IMG/VR virus record: IMGVR_UViG_2695420539_000004
Length of the DNA stretch: 8,773 nt
Origin: a virus
Taxonomy: Duplodnaviria > Heunggongvirae > Uroviricota > Caudoviricetes
Strand: one strand, 5' to 3'
Below are positions 1 to 7,093 of this stretch, piece by piece. Under the pieces are notes generated by a model, which worked only from the letters and a program-made list of their open reading frames with translations, was not told the origin of the DNA and ran no database searches. Position 1 is the first letter of the stretch, and every line of letters begins with the position of its first letter. The position numbers were made by a program, and so were the translations under genes.

Positions 1-2747
1 CCGTTAACAATTTCCGGCCCGTTTTCACCGACGATGCCAAACTGCCCGCGCGGGATATAGCCGCCGCTGTCATACATCCCCGCAAAGCCATATCCCCATG
101 ACGGAAAACCACCCGATGGCATCATCACTTTACCGTCTGTATTCACCGTCCCAGGTTGCTGACGCGTCACACTTTCCGGTAGTTTCGCCTTTGCGGCCTC
201 TTTACTGACAACGCCGAGTTTCTCCAGCAACCAGGATACGCCGGATTTGAGGGAGTCCAGCGGATGCATAACCATATTCAGCCCTTCCGCCAACGCCTCC
301 CCGAATCGTCGCCCCATTTCCGCTGCGCTCTGCAGTTCGGCAGAAGTCGACTTAACGGGTGTCAGCAGATCAGTAAACCAGCCCCACAACGCCTGCACTT
401 TATCGCCAATCCACTGGAACACAGGCTTAAGTGGTTCGAACGCGGCACTGACGGGACCTGCCGCTGCTTTGAATCCCTCCACCACACCACCGAGAAACGC
501 GGTGATGGGTTGCCAGTATTTCCAGACAACCAGCGCCACACCCGCCAGTGCAGTAACCACAAGACCTATCGGACTGAGCAGAGCACCTAACAGACCAGAC
601 ACGGCATACAGGGCAACGCGCAGCATCACCAGCGGACCGGATGCCAGTACTCGTAGCACCGCGCCTGCGGCAGTCAGCCCGCCGCGTAGTGCTGCCAGTG
701 GATTCATAAACATCACAGCAACAGCACGTAAACCGGATAATCCAGACCGCAAAAGTGCAACCGGCGCACCTGCTACAGTTTTCAGGACATTTCCCGTCAG
801 TGATGCCGTGCGGCGCAAAGACGACAACGGCGCAGTAAGTAAACCCGCTGCGCTGCCCGTTGAAGCAAGCCCGCGTCGCAGCAGTGCAAGTGGTGCGCCA
901 GCCAGCCAGGACAACGCGCTGCTGGTTCGTGTTACTGCTGCCGTAACGGAAGGTAACGTTTTGATACCCAGCACAGAGAATCCCAGACGGATCACTGCCA
1001 GCGGCCCCAGCACTGCAGCCAACGCCACCGCTAAGGTGCCGAGGCCTACGGTAACCGCAGCCACAACAGCCGCTACTTTCACCAGTGTGCCTGTCAGTTC
1101 CGGGTTAGCTTCCACCCAGCGGCGCAACGCCCCCGTGATGCTTTTCACCGTGTACAGAATATCCATCAGCGGCTGGCGCAGCGTTTCGCCCAGGCTGCTG
1201 AAGGTGTTCTGCGCTCCGGTTTTAACCAGCAACCACTGCGCAGAAAGTGAGTCCTTGTTAATGTCGGATTCTTTCTGCATCGAACCGAGCGCATCATTGC
1301 CCGCTGTCAGTTTTAGCTGGCGCTGCAGTTCCGGCAAGTTGTTTGCCAGTTTCGCCGCATCATCGCCAAACTCTTTACCAAACAACATGGTCATGGCAGA
1401 CAGGCGCTTATCCTGCGGCAGTGCGTTCACCTTCTCCAGCACGCGCTGGATGGTTCCCATCGCATCCTTCGTCATCTGCTTTTCAATCACCTCAGGATTG
1501 AGTTTCAGCAGATTCATTCCTTCAAAGAAACTCTTGCTTTGCATGGTGGCAATGGACAATTCACGCACCATCGCGTTTGCTGCACTGGCTGCAACCTCCG
1601 GCGCAGCGCCCAGTGTCAGGAAGGTGGAACCCAGCGCCGCCGCTTTACGATAATCCAGACGGTCAGCCACACCGCCCAGACGTTGCATCACATCAATGAT
1701 GTCTGCCCCTTTCGACATGGCGTTATCATCCAGATAGTTCAGCGCATCGCCGAGCTGTTCAATATTGCGGGTAGGGATTTTGTAGAGCTGGGCGATTTTC
1801 CCCAGACTTTCTGACAGTTCATCCGCTGGCAACTCAAAGGCTGTTGCCGCCTTTGCTGCCGTGCTGGCGAAGGCCAGCAGGTCACGTTTCTGGTCTTCCC
1901 AGCTGTCGTCAGGGTTTGCGACGTTCATGCGCGCCCCACCTTCAACCAGTGCAGCGAAGTCCACCGCACCGTTTTCCATCGGCAACTGTTCGCTGGCAGC
2001 CTTGATGGCATCCTGCATTTCATAAAAACGTGCAGTGCGGTTGCCATTATCGTCACGCAGACCATTGACCTGCTTTGCCACACCTTTCATGGCATCTTCC
2101 ATGCTGGTATAGCTTTTTACTGCCGCCATCACTGGCGCACCCATTGCCAGCCCTGCAGCCGTGGTGGTGGCTCCGGCTCCTGCAATACGATCGCGCACCT
2201 CCAGCGAACGGGCATAACTGGCACGCGCCGCATTCATCCTGCGCTGAGCTTCCCCCAGTCGCTTCAGGCGCGCCTCCTGTTTCGACAATTCCTGGTTATA
2301 ACGTGATGTTTCACGGGCTAAACGGGCAGTTGCTCCCGCATCATCTTTCGCAGAAATTCCCGCCCGGTACAGTTCTGCACGCACAAGCGCCGTTTGCTTC
2401 TGCAAATATTTTTGTTGTTCTTCCAGGCGTTGGACTGCCAGCGTTTGCCGACCTAAAGCCACAAGGTGCCGTTGTGATGGTTGTTCCATCGCCTCCAGCT
2501 CAGAGCTAAGCAAATTAGCCTTCTGTCTGGCATAGTTCAGCCTGTCGCCTAACTTCTTGTTATCGGCCTGCAGCTTGCGAAATTTTTCCAGGCTGTTACC
2601 CGCCTGATTGAGTTGCTTTAATGCGTCACGGGAGTTTCTGATTGCGCCAGCCAGCTCTTTCGAACTGGCCTGTGCAGCACGGAATGGGCGGGTGAGTTTG
2701 TCAACCGCATTAAGAATGACCTGCAGGCGCAGGTTATTATCACTCAT
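1..2747 (-). CDS. T: Phage tail tape measure protein (P2 gpT-like); C-terminal end runs off the window start
   Basis: Minus-strand ATG at 2747..2745 (acgATGAGTGATAATAACCTG -> MSDNNLRLQVILNAVDKL...) opens a frame with no stop down to position 1 (last residues ...GQFGIVGENGPEIVNG). Spot translations at about 1000-1250 and 1-270 stay in frame. Coiled-coil-like N-terminus (Q/E/L/R/A-rich) followed by a long Ala/Val/Leu/Gly-rich hydrophobic region, typical of tape measure proteins. Position downstream of E/E' matches P2 order FI-FII-E-E'-T. The ORF track shows no minus-strand stop-bounded ORF here, consistent with an open frame. Confidence 0.85.
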   Translation of the reverse strand, partial: MSDNNLRLQVILNAVDKLTRPFRAAQASSKELAGAIRNSRDALKQLNQAGNSLEKFRKLQADNKKLGDRLNYARQKANLLSSELEAMEQPSQRHLVALGRQTLAVQRLEEQQKYLQKQTALVRAELYRAGISAKDDAGATARLARETSRYNQELSKQEARLKRLGEAQRRMNAARASYARSLEVRDRIAGAGATTTAAGLAMGAPVMAAVKSYTSMEDAMKGVAKQVNGLRDDNGNRTARFYEMQDAIKAASEQLPMENGAVDFAALVEGGARMNVANPDDSWEDQKRDLLAFASTAAKAATAFELPADELSESLGKIAQLYKIPTRNIEQLGDALNYLDDNAMSKGADIIDVMQRLGGVADRLDYRKAAALGSTFLTLGAAPEVAASAANAMVRELSIATMQSKSFFEGMNLLKLNPEVIEKQMTKDAMGTIQRVLEKVNALPQDKRLSAMTMLFGKEFGDDAAKLANNLPELQRQLKLTAGNDALGSMQKESDINKDSLSAQWLLVKTGAQNTFSSLGETLRQPLMDILYTVKSITGALRRWVEANPELTGTLVKVAAVVAAVTVGLGTLAVALAAVLGPLAVIRLGFSVLGIKTLPSVTAAVTRTSSALSWLAGAPLALLRRGLASTGSAAGLLTAPLSSLRRTASLTGNVLKTVAGAPVALLRSGLSGLRAVAVMFMNPLAALRGGLTAAGAVLRVLASGPLVMLRVALYAVSGLLGALLSPIGLVVTALAGVALVVWKYWQPITAFLGGVVEGFKAAAGPVSAAFEPLKPVFQWIGDKVQALWGWFTDLLTPVKSTSAELQSAAEMGRRFGEALAEGLNMVMHPLDSLKSGVSWLLEKLGVVSKEAAKAKLPESVTRQQPGTVNTDGKVMMPSGGFPSWGYGFAGMYDSGGYIPRGQFGIVGENGPEIVN

Positions 2748-3176
2748 CGTTGGCCCCGCTTCTCTGAATCGCTTTATACCGCCATTCCAGCACTTCGGTC
2801 AGCGGCATAACGTCAGTAACGGATGGCGGCCAGTGAAAAATGGTGGCGATATCTGCCACCAGATCGTCAACCGTCAGGCTGTCGGTAAACCGGCAAGCAC
2901 CGACTTCTTCAACAAAAAAGTGACAACCTCAACCGACATAGCAGTGAGATCTGCCGGGTCCATCTCTGCAATTTCCTGTGCAGTCAGTGCCGGGCTGGAG
3001 ATGCGGGGGATCACGATCATCATCGCGTTCACATCCATATCCATAATCGCCTGCAGGCGTGTACCGCGCAGCGCACCGGACTGCGGTTTGCGCAGCACAA
3101 TTTCGGTGATTTCTGTTTTACCACGCTTGATAGGGGTATCCAGTTGAATGGTCTTTTCAGTCTGCTTATCGCTCAT
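2740..3176 (-). CDS. E': gpE+E' fusion chaperone produced by programmed -1 ribosomal frameshift (about 145 aa)
   Basis: After codons 87-88 (TTT TTG) of E, a -1 shift onto codon GTT (2913..2911) gives 57 further sense codons (VEEVGACRFTDSLTVDDLVADIATIFHWPPSVTDVMPLTEVLEWRYKAIQRSGANDE) ending at TGA 2742..2740. That stop overlaps the tape-measure ATG (2747..2745). I counted 174 nt = 58 codons with no internal stop. Confidence 0.7.
2874..3176 (-). CDS. E: Tail assembly chaperone (P2 gpE-like), 100 aa
   Basis: ORF-track minus ORF MSDKQTEKTIQLDTPIKRGK...VTFLLKKSVLAGLPTA. Sits between tube and tape-measure genes as in P2 and lambda (G/GT equivalent). Weak SD (AGGA) upstream. Contains slippery heptamer near its 3' end. 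Confidence 0.8.
   Translation of the reverse strand: MSDKQTEKTIQLDTPIKRGKTEITEIVLRKPQSGALRGTRLQAIMDMDVNAMMIVIPRISSPALTAQEIAEMDPADLTAMSVEVVTFLLKKSVLAGLPTA
2913..2919 (-). other. Slippery heptamer T-TTT-TTG for the E/E' -1 frameshift
   Basis: + strand caaaaaa (2913..2919) is TTTTTTG on the coding strand, in phase X-XXY-YYZ with the E frame (acT TTT TTG). Position is 12 codons before the E stop, as in tail-chaperone frameshifts of the lambda G/GT type. Confidence 0.65.
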
Positions 3177-3201
3177 TTTGCTGTCCTGTAAATTAGGTTC
3201 T

Positions 3202-3219
3202 GGCGCGGTATTCCGCGCC
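3202..3219 (-). other. GC-rich stem-loop in the FII-E intergenic spacer (possible attenuator or processing/stability element)
   Basis: Perfect 7-bp inverted repeat ggcgcgg (3202..3208) / ccgcgcc (3213..3219) with a 4-nt loop (tatt), located between the FII stop (3231) and E start (3176). Not followed by a U-run on the transcribed strand, so not a classic intrinsic terminator. Confidence 0.3.
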
Positions 3220-3230
3220 GTTCAGATACA

Positions 3231-3746
3231 TCAGAGGCCGAGGGCGTTACGGTGTGCTTCCATCAGGTCCACACCGTCCACGATTTCCACCATGTTGATG
3301 AGGTCCACTTCATAGAGCACCTCACCATTGATGGTCAGCTTCGCGTAGCTGTTGGTACTGGTCACTTTGGTGGTGTTGCTTTCGCCCGTCTTCCACTCGC
3401 CGGAATCCACTTCTTTGTGACGTCCACGTACCACAAGCTCCACGGCCTGCACTTCCCCGGTATCATCACGCTGGATAGAGCCGGTAAAGCGCAACTGGAT
3501 GCCATCCACCGTGGCTTTGCCCATCTGTTTAAACAGCAGCAGTTCAGTACCACCAATGGAAAATTCTGTGTCCAGAGCACTGTCATCAAGCCCCAGATCC
3601 ACATCCACTGCACCCGGCATTCCGCCGCCGCGATACTTCTCATATTTGCGGGTGAATTTCGGCAGCGTCAAAGACTCTACGATCCCCTGCCAGTTGTTCC
3701 CGTCGTTAAACAGGTTCAGATGTTTTAATTTGCGTGGTAAAGCCAT
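3231..3746 (-). CDS. FII: Tail tube protein (P2 gpFII-like), 171 aa
   Basis: ORF MALPRKLKHLNLFNDGNNWQGIV...YRGGGMPGAVDVDLGLDD... matches my recollection of the P2 FII N-terminus (MALPRKLK...) and the YRGGGM motif. GGGGA SD 5 nt before ATG. Immediately downstream of the sheath gene. Confidence 0.9.
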   Translation of the reverse strand: MALPRKLKHLNLFNDGNNWQGIVESLTLPKFTRKYEKYRGGGMPGAVDVDLGLDDSALDTEFSIGGTELLLFKQMGKATVDGIQLRFTGSIQRDDTGEVQAVELVVRGRHKEVDSGEWKTGESNTTKVTSTNSYAKLTINGEVLYEVDLINMVEIVDGVDLMEAHRNALGL

Positions 3747-3755
3747 GTTGTCCCC

Positions 3756-4928
3756 TTACGCGCTGACCTGGCTGGCAAAATTCACCAGGTACTGATCGGT
3801 GATGCGCTGACGCAGCATCAGATTTTCAAGTGGCGGCACTGGCGTGTAGTCATAGTCGATGGTGAGTTTTCCGGCTTTCAGCGTGTCTTTGTCGTTCACC
3901 GACTCGTCCAGCCAGCAATCACCACCAATGAGATACCCCTGACTGACCAGGCTGCGCATTTTGGCGCGGATACCTTCGATAATGTCGCGGGCCAGCGACG
4001 GGTTCAGCGGTTTGTCCACCGCCCACATATGCGCTTCTGCCATCGTGTCCATCAGTACCTGCGCCGTGCGGGTGTAGTTTTCGAAGGCAAAGAGCGGGTC
4101 ATCACTCAGGCAGCGGGAACCCCAGAAGCGGAAACCGTCTTTGCGGATAAGCGTGGTGACGTCGTTCTGGTTAAGCAGTCCCGCATCGGTTGCCGGGTCC
4201 TGCAGATCCCAGAACACATCTGCAGAAATTCCGGTGACACCGTTCACGCCCACGTTGGACAGGCTTTTGTGCCACCCGGTCTGCTCATCAATTTTGGCGC
4301 GCAGACCAAGCGCACGGGCGGTGGCATATGCCGTTGCTTCGGCATTCAACACCGTATCCCAGCCAGTAAAGTCGGGCCAGATCAGCATTCCTTCGCGCTG
4401 GCTGAAGTTTTCACGGTAAGTGATCGCCTCCTGTACCGTCTTGCAGCCATACGCTGACAGGTAAGCAAACCCACGCAGGCTTTGCGCCACGCTCAGCAAC
4501 TCAGTCGCAACGGCTTTGTTATCGTGACCTGGCACGCCGAGAATGCGCGGTTTAACGCCGAGCTGTGACTGGGCAGATAGCAGGGCTTTCATGCCTGTTT
4601 TTTTACCTTCAGCAGTCACAGCGCCGATGATATTGGTCGTGGTTTCGTCTTCCGTTTCACCCTGCGGCACACGCACAACAACGGTCACGGGTTTTGCCTG
4701 GTCAGCGATGGCATCCAGCGAACGGGCCAGAGTACCGGACTCACCCGCTTTACCGCTGGCAGTCAGCACATCAGTGATCAGCACGGGTTTATTAAGAGGA
4801 AACATTTTTGCATCGGCATCATCGCCCGTGCAGATCATACCCACGATGGCGGTGCTCACCGTGGTAATGGATCGGGTGCCTTCGTTGACTTCAACAACGC
4901 GCACCCCGTGGTGGTAATCCTGAGCCAT
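3756..4928 (-). CDS. FI: Contractile tail sheath protein (P2 gpFI-like), 390 aa
   Basis: [57 protein letters not shown]... with C-terminal ...[32 protein letters not shown]. Closely resembles remembered P2 FI along its whole length. Strong SD AGGAGG (4938..4943 on + as cctcct) 9 nt upstream of ATG 4928. Confidence 0.92.
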   Translation of the reverse strand: MAQDYHHGVRVVEVNEGTRSITTVSTAIVGMICTGDDADAKMFPLNKPVLITDVLTASGKAGESGTLARSLDAIADQAKPVTVVVRVPQGETEDETTTNIIGAVTAEGKKTGMKALLSAQSQLGVKPRILGVPGHDNKAVATELLSVAQSLRGFAYLSAYGCKTVQEAITYRENFSQREGMLIWPDFTGWDTVLNAEATAYATARALGLRAKIDEQTGWHKSLSNVGVNGVTGISADVFWDLQDPATDAGLLNQNDVTTLIRKDGFRFWGSRCLSDDPLFAFENYTRTAQVLMDTMAEAHMWAVDKPLNPSLARDIIEGIRAKMRSLVSQGYLIGGDCWLDESVNDKDTLKAGKLTIDYDYTPVPPLENLMLRQRITDQYLVNFASQVSA

Positions 4929-4954
4929 AGTGGCGAACCTCCTGATTGGATTAG

Positions 4955-5022
4955 GCTTCGCCCTATGTTGAAGTGATTGTGCCTGACAAACAGCTAAGCG
5001 CAGTTGTACCGTTATTCACACA
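4955..5022 (-). promoter_or_regulatory. Candidate P2-type activator-dependent late promoter for FI-FII-E-T (TGT-N12-ACA dyad)
   Basis: On the transcribed strand the 142-bp invertase-FI spacer contains TGT-gtgaataacggt-ACA (+ coordinates 5005..5022), the dyad signature described for Ogr/Delta-activated P2/P4 late promoters. Dyad centre is about 85 nt upstream of the FI ATG. The -10 is ambiguous (CACAAT or TCAACA candidates) and there is no -35, as expected for activator-dependent promoters. Confidence 0.4.
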
Positions 5023-5070
5023 AAATGACGGTATTTGTCTGCTTGCAGGGATAATCAAAATAATGCTGAT

Positions 5071-5637
5071 TCAGGGAGATTCATTGCTCTTATTTGCCGG
5101 AAATTTTCTATAAATAGTAGAAACGCCTACATCAAAAATCAGTGCAATACGCTGTCTTGATTCTCCGGCCTCAAGTAAACGCCCAATCTGTGCCCACTGT
5201 TCGGTGGTCAACTTAGGACGGCGTCCACCTACTCTGCCTTTGGCACGAGCTGCAGCCAGCCCTGCCCTGGTACGTTCAACTATCAGTTCGCGTTCCATTT
5301 CAGCCAGGGCACCCATAACATGAAAAAAGAAACGGCCCATTGGGGTACTGGTATCAATACTGTCAGTCAGGCTTCGGAAATTCACGCCACGCTGGCGCAA
5401 CTCTTCTATCAGCGTAACAAGATGCCGCATACTGCGCCCCAGTCTGTCCAGCTTCCAGACAACCAGAGTGTCTCCTGCCGATAGTGTCCTGAGCAGTTTT
5501 TTAAGCCCCGGTCTGTCGGACTTAGTGCCACTGATTTTATCCTCAAAAATCCGCTCACATCCCGCGCAGTTCAGTGCATTACGTTGCAAATCGGTGTTCT
5601 GGTCATTTGTTGACACGCGTACATAGCCAATAAGCAT
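5071..5637 (-). CDS. Site-specific DNA invertase, small serine recombinase of the Hin/Gin/Cin/Pin family (188 aa from the conserved start)
   Basis: MLIGYVRVSTNDQNTDLQRNAL...DTLVVWKLDRLGRSM...GVNFRSLTDSIDTSTPMGRFFFHVMGALAEMERELIVERT...C-terminal HTH (GVSTIYRKF). Catalytic Ser in VRVSTNDQ. Conserved start MLIGYV at 5637 has SD AGGGGA 6 nt upstream. The ORF-track start at 5682 adds 15 non-conserved residues ([15 protein letters not shown]) and is probably not used. Confidence 0.9.
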   Translation of the reverse strand: MLIGYVRVSTNDQNTDLQRNALNCAGCERIFEDKISGTKSDRPGLKKLLRTLSAGDTLVVWKLDRLGRSMRHLVTLIEELRQRGVNFRSLTDSIDTSTPMGRFFFHVMGALAEMERELIVERTRAGLAAARAKGRVGGRRPKLTTEQWAQIGRLLEAGESRQRIALIFDVGVSTIYRKFPANKSNESP

Positions 5638-5664
5638 GATCAATCCCCTGAATAAAAACCGGGG

Positions 5665-6057
5665 ATGATGCCAGTTAGCCATTATCTCTGCATTTTCATA
5701 AACGTTGGTTTGGGAGAAGCGGCTAAAAGGAATGTAGGGACAGGGGCGAATCAGATACCTGATATGGGTAGCTTCACGCTTTCTGTTTCAGGTACTGGAT
5801 ATCAAAAATTACCATCAGGTTTTATTCTTCAGTGGGGCTCAATCGGCGCACCAGGCATTGCACAGGATGTAGTAACCCATTTCCCGATTGCATTTCCAAA
5901 CAGATGTCTGCGTGTTTTGGTCTCACAAGACTACACACCAGATAGCGGGGCTGTTGGTTATATTGCCTGTGCAGGTTTTAGTCCCGACCCGGTTAAATTT
6001 ATATCCAGAGCCAGTACTCCTGGCCTCGGCGCTTCATTTTTAGCGTTAGGCTGTTAA
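5665..6057 (+). CDS. Silent alternate tail-fibre C-terminal segment (Sv'); expressed only as a fusion to the H constant region after inversion
   Basis: ORF-track frame 5665..6057 reads through the crossover site as ...[23 protein letters not shown]..., the same GLGE phase as H (LLTYLGLGEG). Functional exon is 5719..6057, about 113 aa, ending TAA 6055..6057 and followed 21 bp later by tfa'. The ATG at 5665 lies outside the segment, has no proper SD and is antisense to the invertase leader, so stand-alone expression is unlikely. Confidence 0.6.
   Translation: MMPVSHYLCIFINVGLGEAAKRNVGTGANQIPDMGSFTLSVSGTGYQKLPSGFILQWGSIGAPGIAQDVVTHFPIAFPNRCLRVLVSQDYTPDSGAVGYIACAGFSPDPVKFISRASTPGLGASFLALGC
5693..5718. 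repeat. Invertase crossover site (gix/hix/cix-like 26-bp site), left end of invertible segment
   Basis: TTTTCATAAACG-TT-GGTTTGGGAGAA: 12-bp half, 2-bp core, 12-bp half. 20/26 identical to the Hin hix consensus as I recall it (TTATCAAAAACCTTGGTTTTCAAGAA). Inverted relative to the 7558..7583 site (22/26 match to its reverse complement), with complementary cores TT/AA. Confidence 0.75.
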
Positions 6058-6078
6058 TTTAGCTATATGGAGTGAAAA

Positions 6079-6519
6079 ATGAATTACATATATTCCGCGA
6101 CTACAAACTCTTTCTATCCGCTGGAGATGAAAGAGGATTACACTCAAGCTGACTCATGGCCAGATGATGCTGTTGAAGTTGATGAGCAAGTGTATATTGA
6201 GTTTTCCGGATTACCGCCGAAAGGAAAAATCCGTATCGCTGGAGAAAATGGTTTTCCTGCATGGTCCGAAATTCCACCACCAACACATGAGGAACAAATT
6301 GCTGCAGCCGAACTGGAGAAGCAGCAATTGATTAATCAGGCCAACGATTATATGAACAGTAAACAATGGCCTGGTAAAGCGGCTATTGGTCGTCTGAAAG
6401 GTGACGAACTGGCGCAATATAATTTGTGGCTGGATTACCTGGACGCACTGGAACTGGTCGATACTTCCGGTGCGCCAGATATTGAATGGCCTACGCCTCC
6501 GGCAGTTCAGGCCAGATGA
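6079..6519 (+). CDS. tfa: Alternate tail-fibre assembly chaperone (Tfa', Mu U'/P2 gpG family), 146 aa
   Basis: MNYIYSATTNSFYPLEMKEDY...QYNLWLDYLDALELVDTSGAPDIEWPTPP: characteristic Tfa N-terminus and conserved C-terminal motif. GGAG SD 7 nt upstream (6068..6071). Lies directly after Sv' within the invertible segment. Confidence 0.85.
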   Translation: MNYIYSATTNSFYPLEMKEDYTQADSWPDDAVEVDEQVYIEFSGLPPKGKIRIAGENGFPAWSEIPPPTHEEQIAAAELEKQQLINQANDYMNSKQWPGKAAIGRLKGDELAQYNLWLDYLDALELVDTSGAPDIEWPTPPAVQAR

Positions 6520-7093
6520 CATCCGGCGCGGTGCTGGTATCTGTTGCCGTCACCGCGTCAATGTAATCCAGCACAGCGTTAAGTCGGGTGGTTTCTGCCT
6601 GCGTCAGCTTCCGCCCGGCCTGCAATTTCAGTTGAATCAGACTGATGGAAGCCATTGCAGTATCAATCAGTGACTGACGCTGTGCTTCTGCCGCGTCTAC
6701 TGCGGCGCAATGCTGTGCCTCAGTATCGGTCACCCATTTCTCACCATCCCATTTATCGAATGGCGTTAACGGGGCGATAGTGGTTGTATTTTCAGGGTAA
6801 TCACCCGGAGTTGTGATTTCTTTGGCGTCTCCCGTTTCGGTGTTATAGATGATTTCACCGCGATGGTCTGGCACATACTCCCATGAGTTTAAATCTGCTG
6901 AACGGCAGATTGCATAACCAGCTTTATGTATACCTGGTGCATCTAAACAAGAACATGCCGGGATACCGACGCCAACAGCAAGATATTCAGTTGATGTGGA
7001 AAGATATTCCCGCGTCTTGCTGTCGTAGTTAAACACGGTCACATCACCCGCTACCGTGGCAATCAGTTCGCTGTTTAATTTTGCCTGTGCCAT
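6491..7093 (-). CDS. tfa: Tail-fibre assembly chaperone (Tfa, P2 gpG / Mu U family), 200 aa; currently in the expressed orientation
   Basis: MAQAKLNSELIATVAGDVTVFNYDSKTREY...RLNAVLDYIDAVTATDTSTAPDVIWPELPEA. Start ATG overlaps the H stop (TAATG at 7091..7095). Typical enterobacterial Tfa C-terminal motif. Confidence 0.9.
   Translation of the reverse strand: MAQAKLNSELIATVAGDVTVFNYDSKTREYLSTSTEYLAVGVGIPACSCLDAPGIHKAGYAICRSADLNSWEYVPDHRGEIIYNTETGDAKEITTPGDYPENTTTIAPLTPFDKWDGEKWVTDTEAQHCAAVDAAEAQRQSLIDTAMASISLIQLKLQAGRKLTQAETTRLNAVLDYIDAVTATDTSTAPDVIWPELPEA

Noticed and set aside
362-562. 66-aa minus-strand ORF
   Set aside because: Out of frame with the tape-measure reading frame it is nested in (offset 1); no independent support.
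247-1653. 468-aa + strand ORF (and nested 264..590, 1539..1814)
   Set aside because: Antisense to the tape-measure gene, whose minus frame is open through the whole region. Low-complexity Ala/Ser/Thr/Pro/Arg-rich translation typical of the reverse strand of a GC-rich gene; no SD.
2075-2509. 144-aa + strand ORF
   Set aside because: Antisense to tape-measure coding sequence.
2608-3147. 179-aa + strand ORF
   Set aside because: Antisense to the T start, the E' extension and E; the minus-strand genes here have coherent overlapping stop/start architecture.
3252-3795. + strand ORFs 3252..3728 and 3499..3795, and minus ORF 3362..3643
   Set aside because: All lie inside the tail-tube gene (3231..3746, minus) on the wrong strand or in the wrong frame.
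4029-4917. + strand ORFs 4029..4457, 4141..4419, 4543..4917
   Set aside because: Antisense to the sheath gene, which is supported along its whole length.
4929-5070. Intrinsic terminator between invertase and sheath gene
   Set aside because: Only very short (3-4 bp) palindromes and no stem plus U-tract, so I could not support a terminator call.
5638-5682. Upstream extension of the invertase ORF (start at 5682, 203 aa)
   Set aside because: The conserved family N-terminus starts at MLIGYV (5637), which has a proper SD. The 15 extra residues are not family-like and would crowd the crossover site.
6101-6673. Minus ORFs 6101..6286 and 6211..6522, and + ORF 6401..6673
   Set aside because: Overlap tfa' and tfa on the opposite strand; Cys/Arg/Trp-rich translations; the Tfa calls have characteristic motifs and proper SDs.
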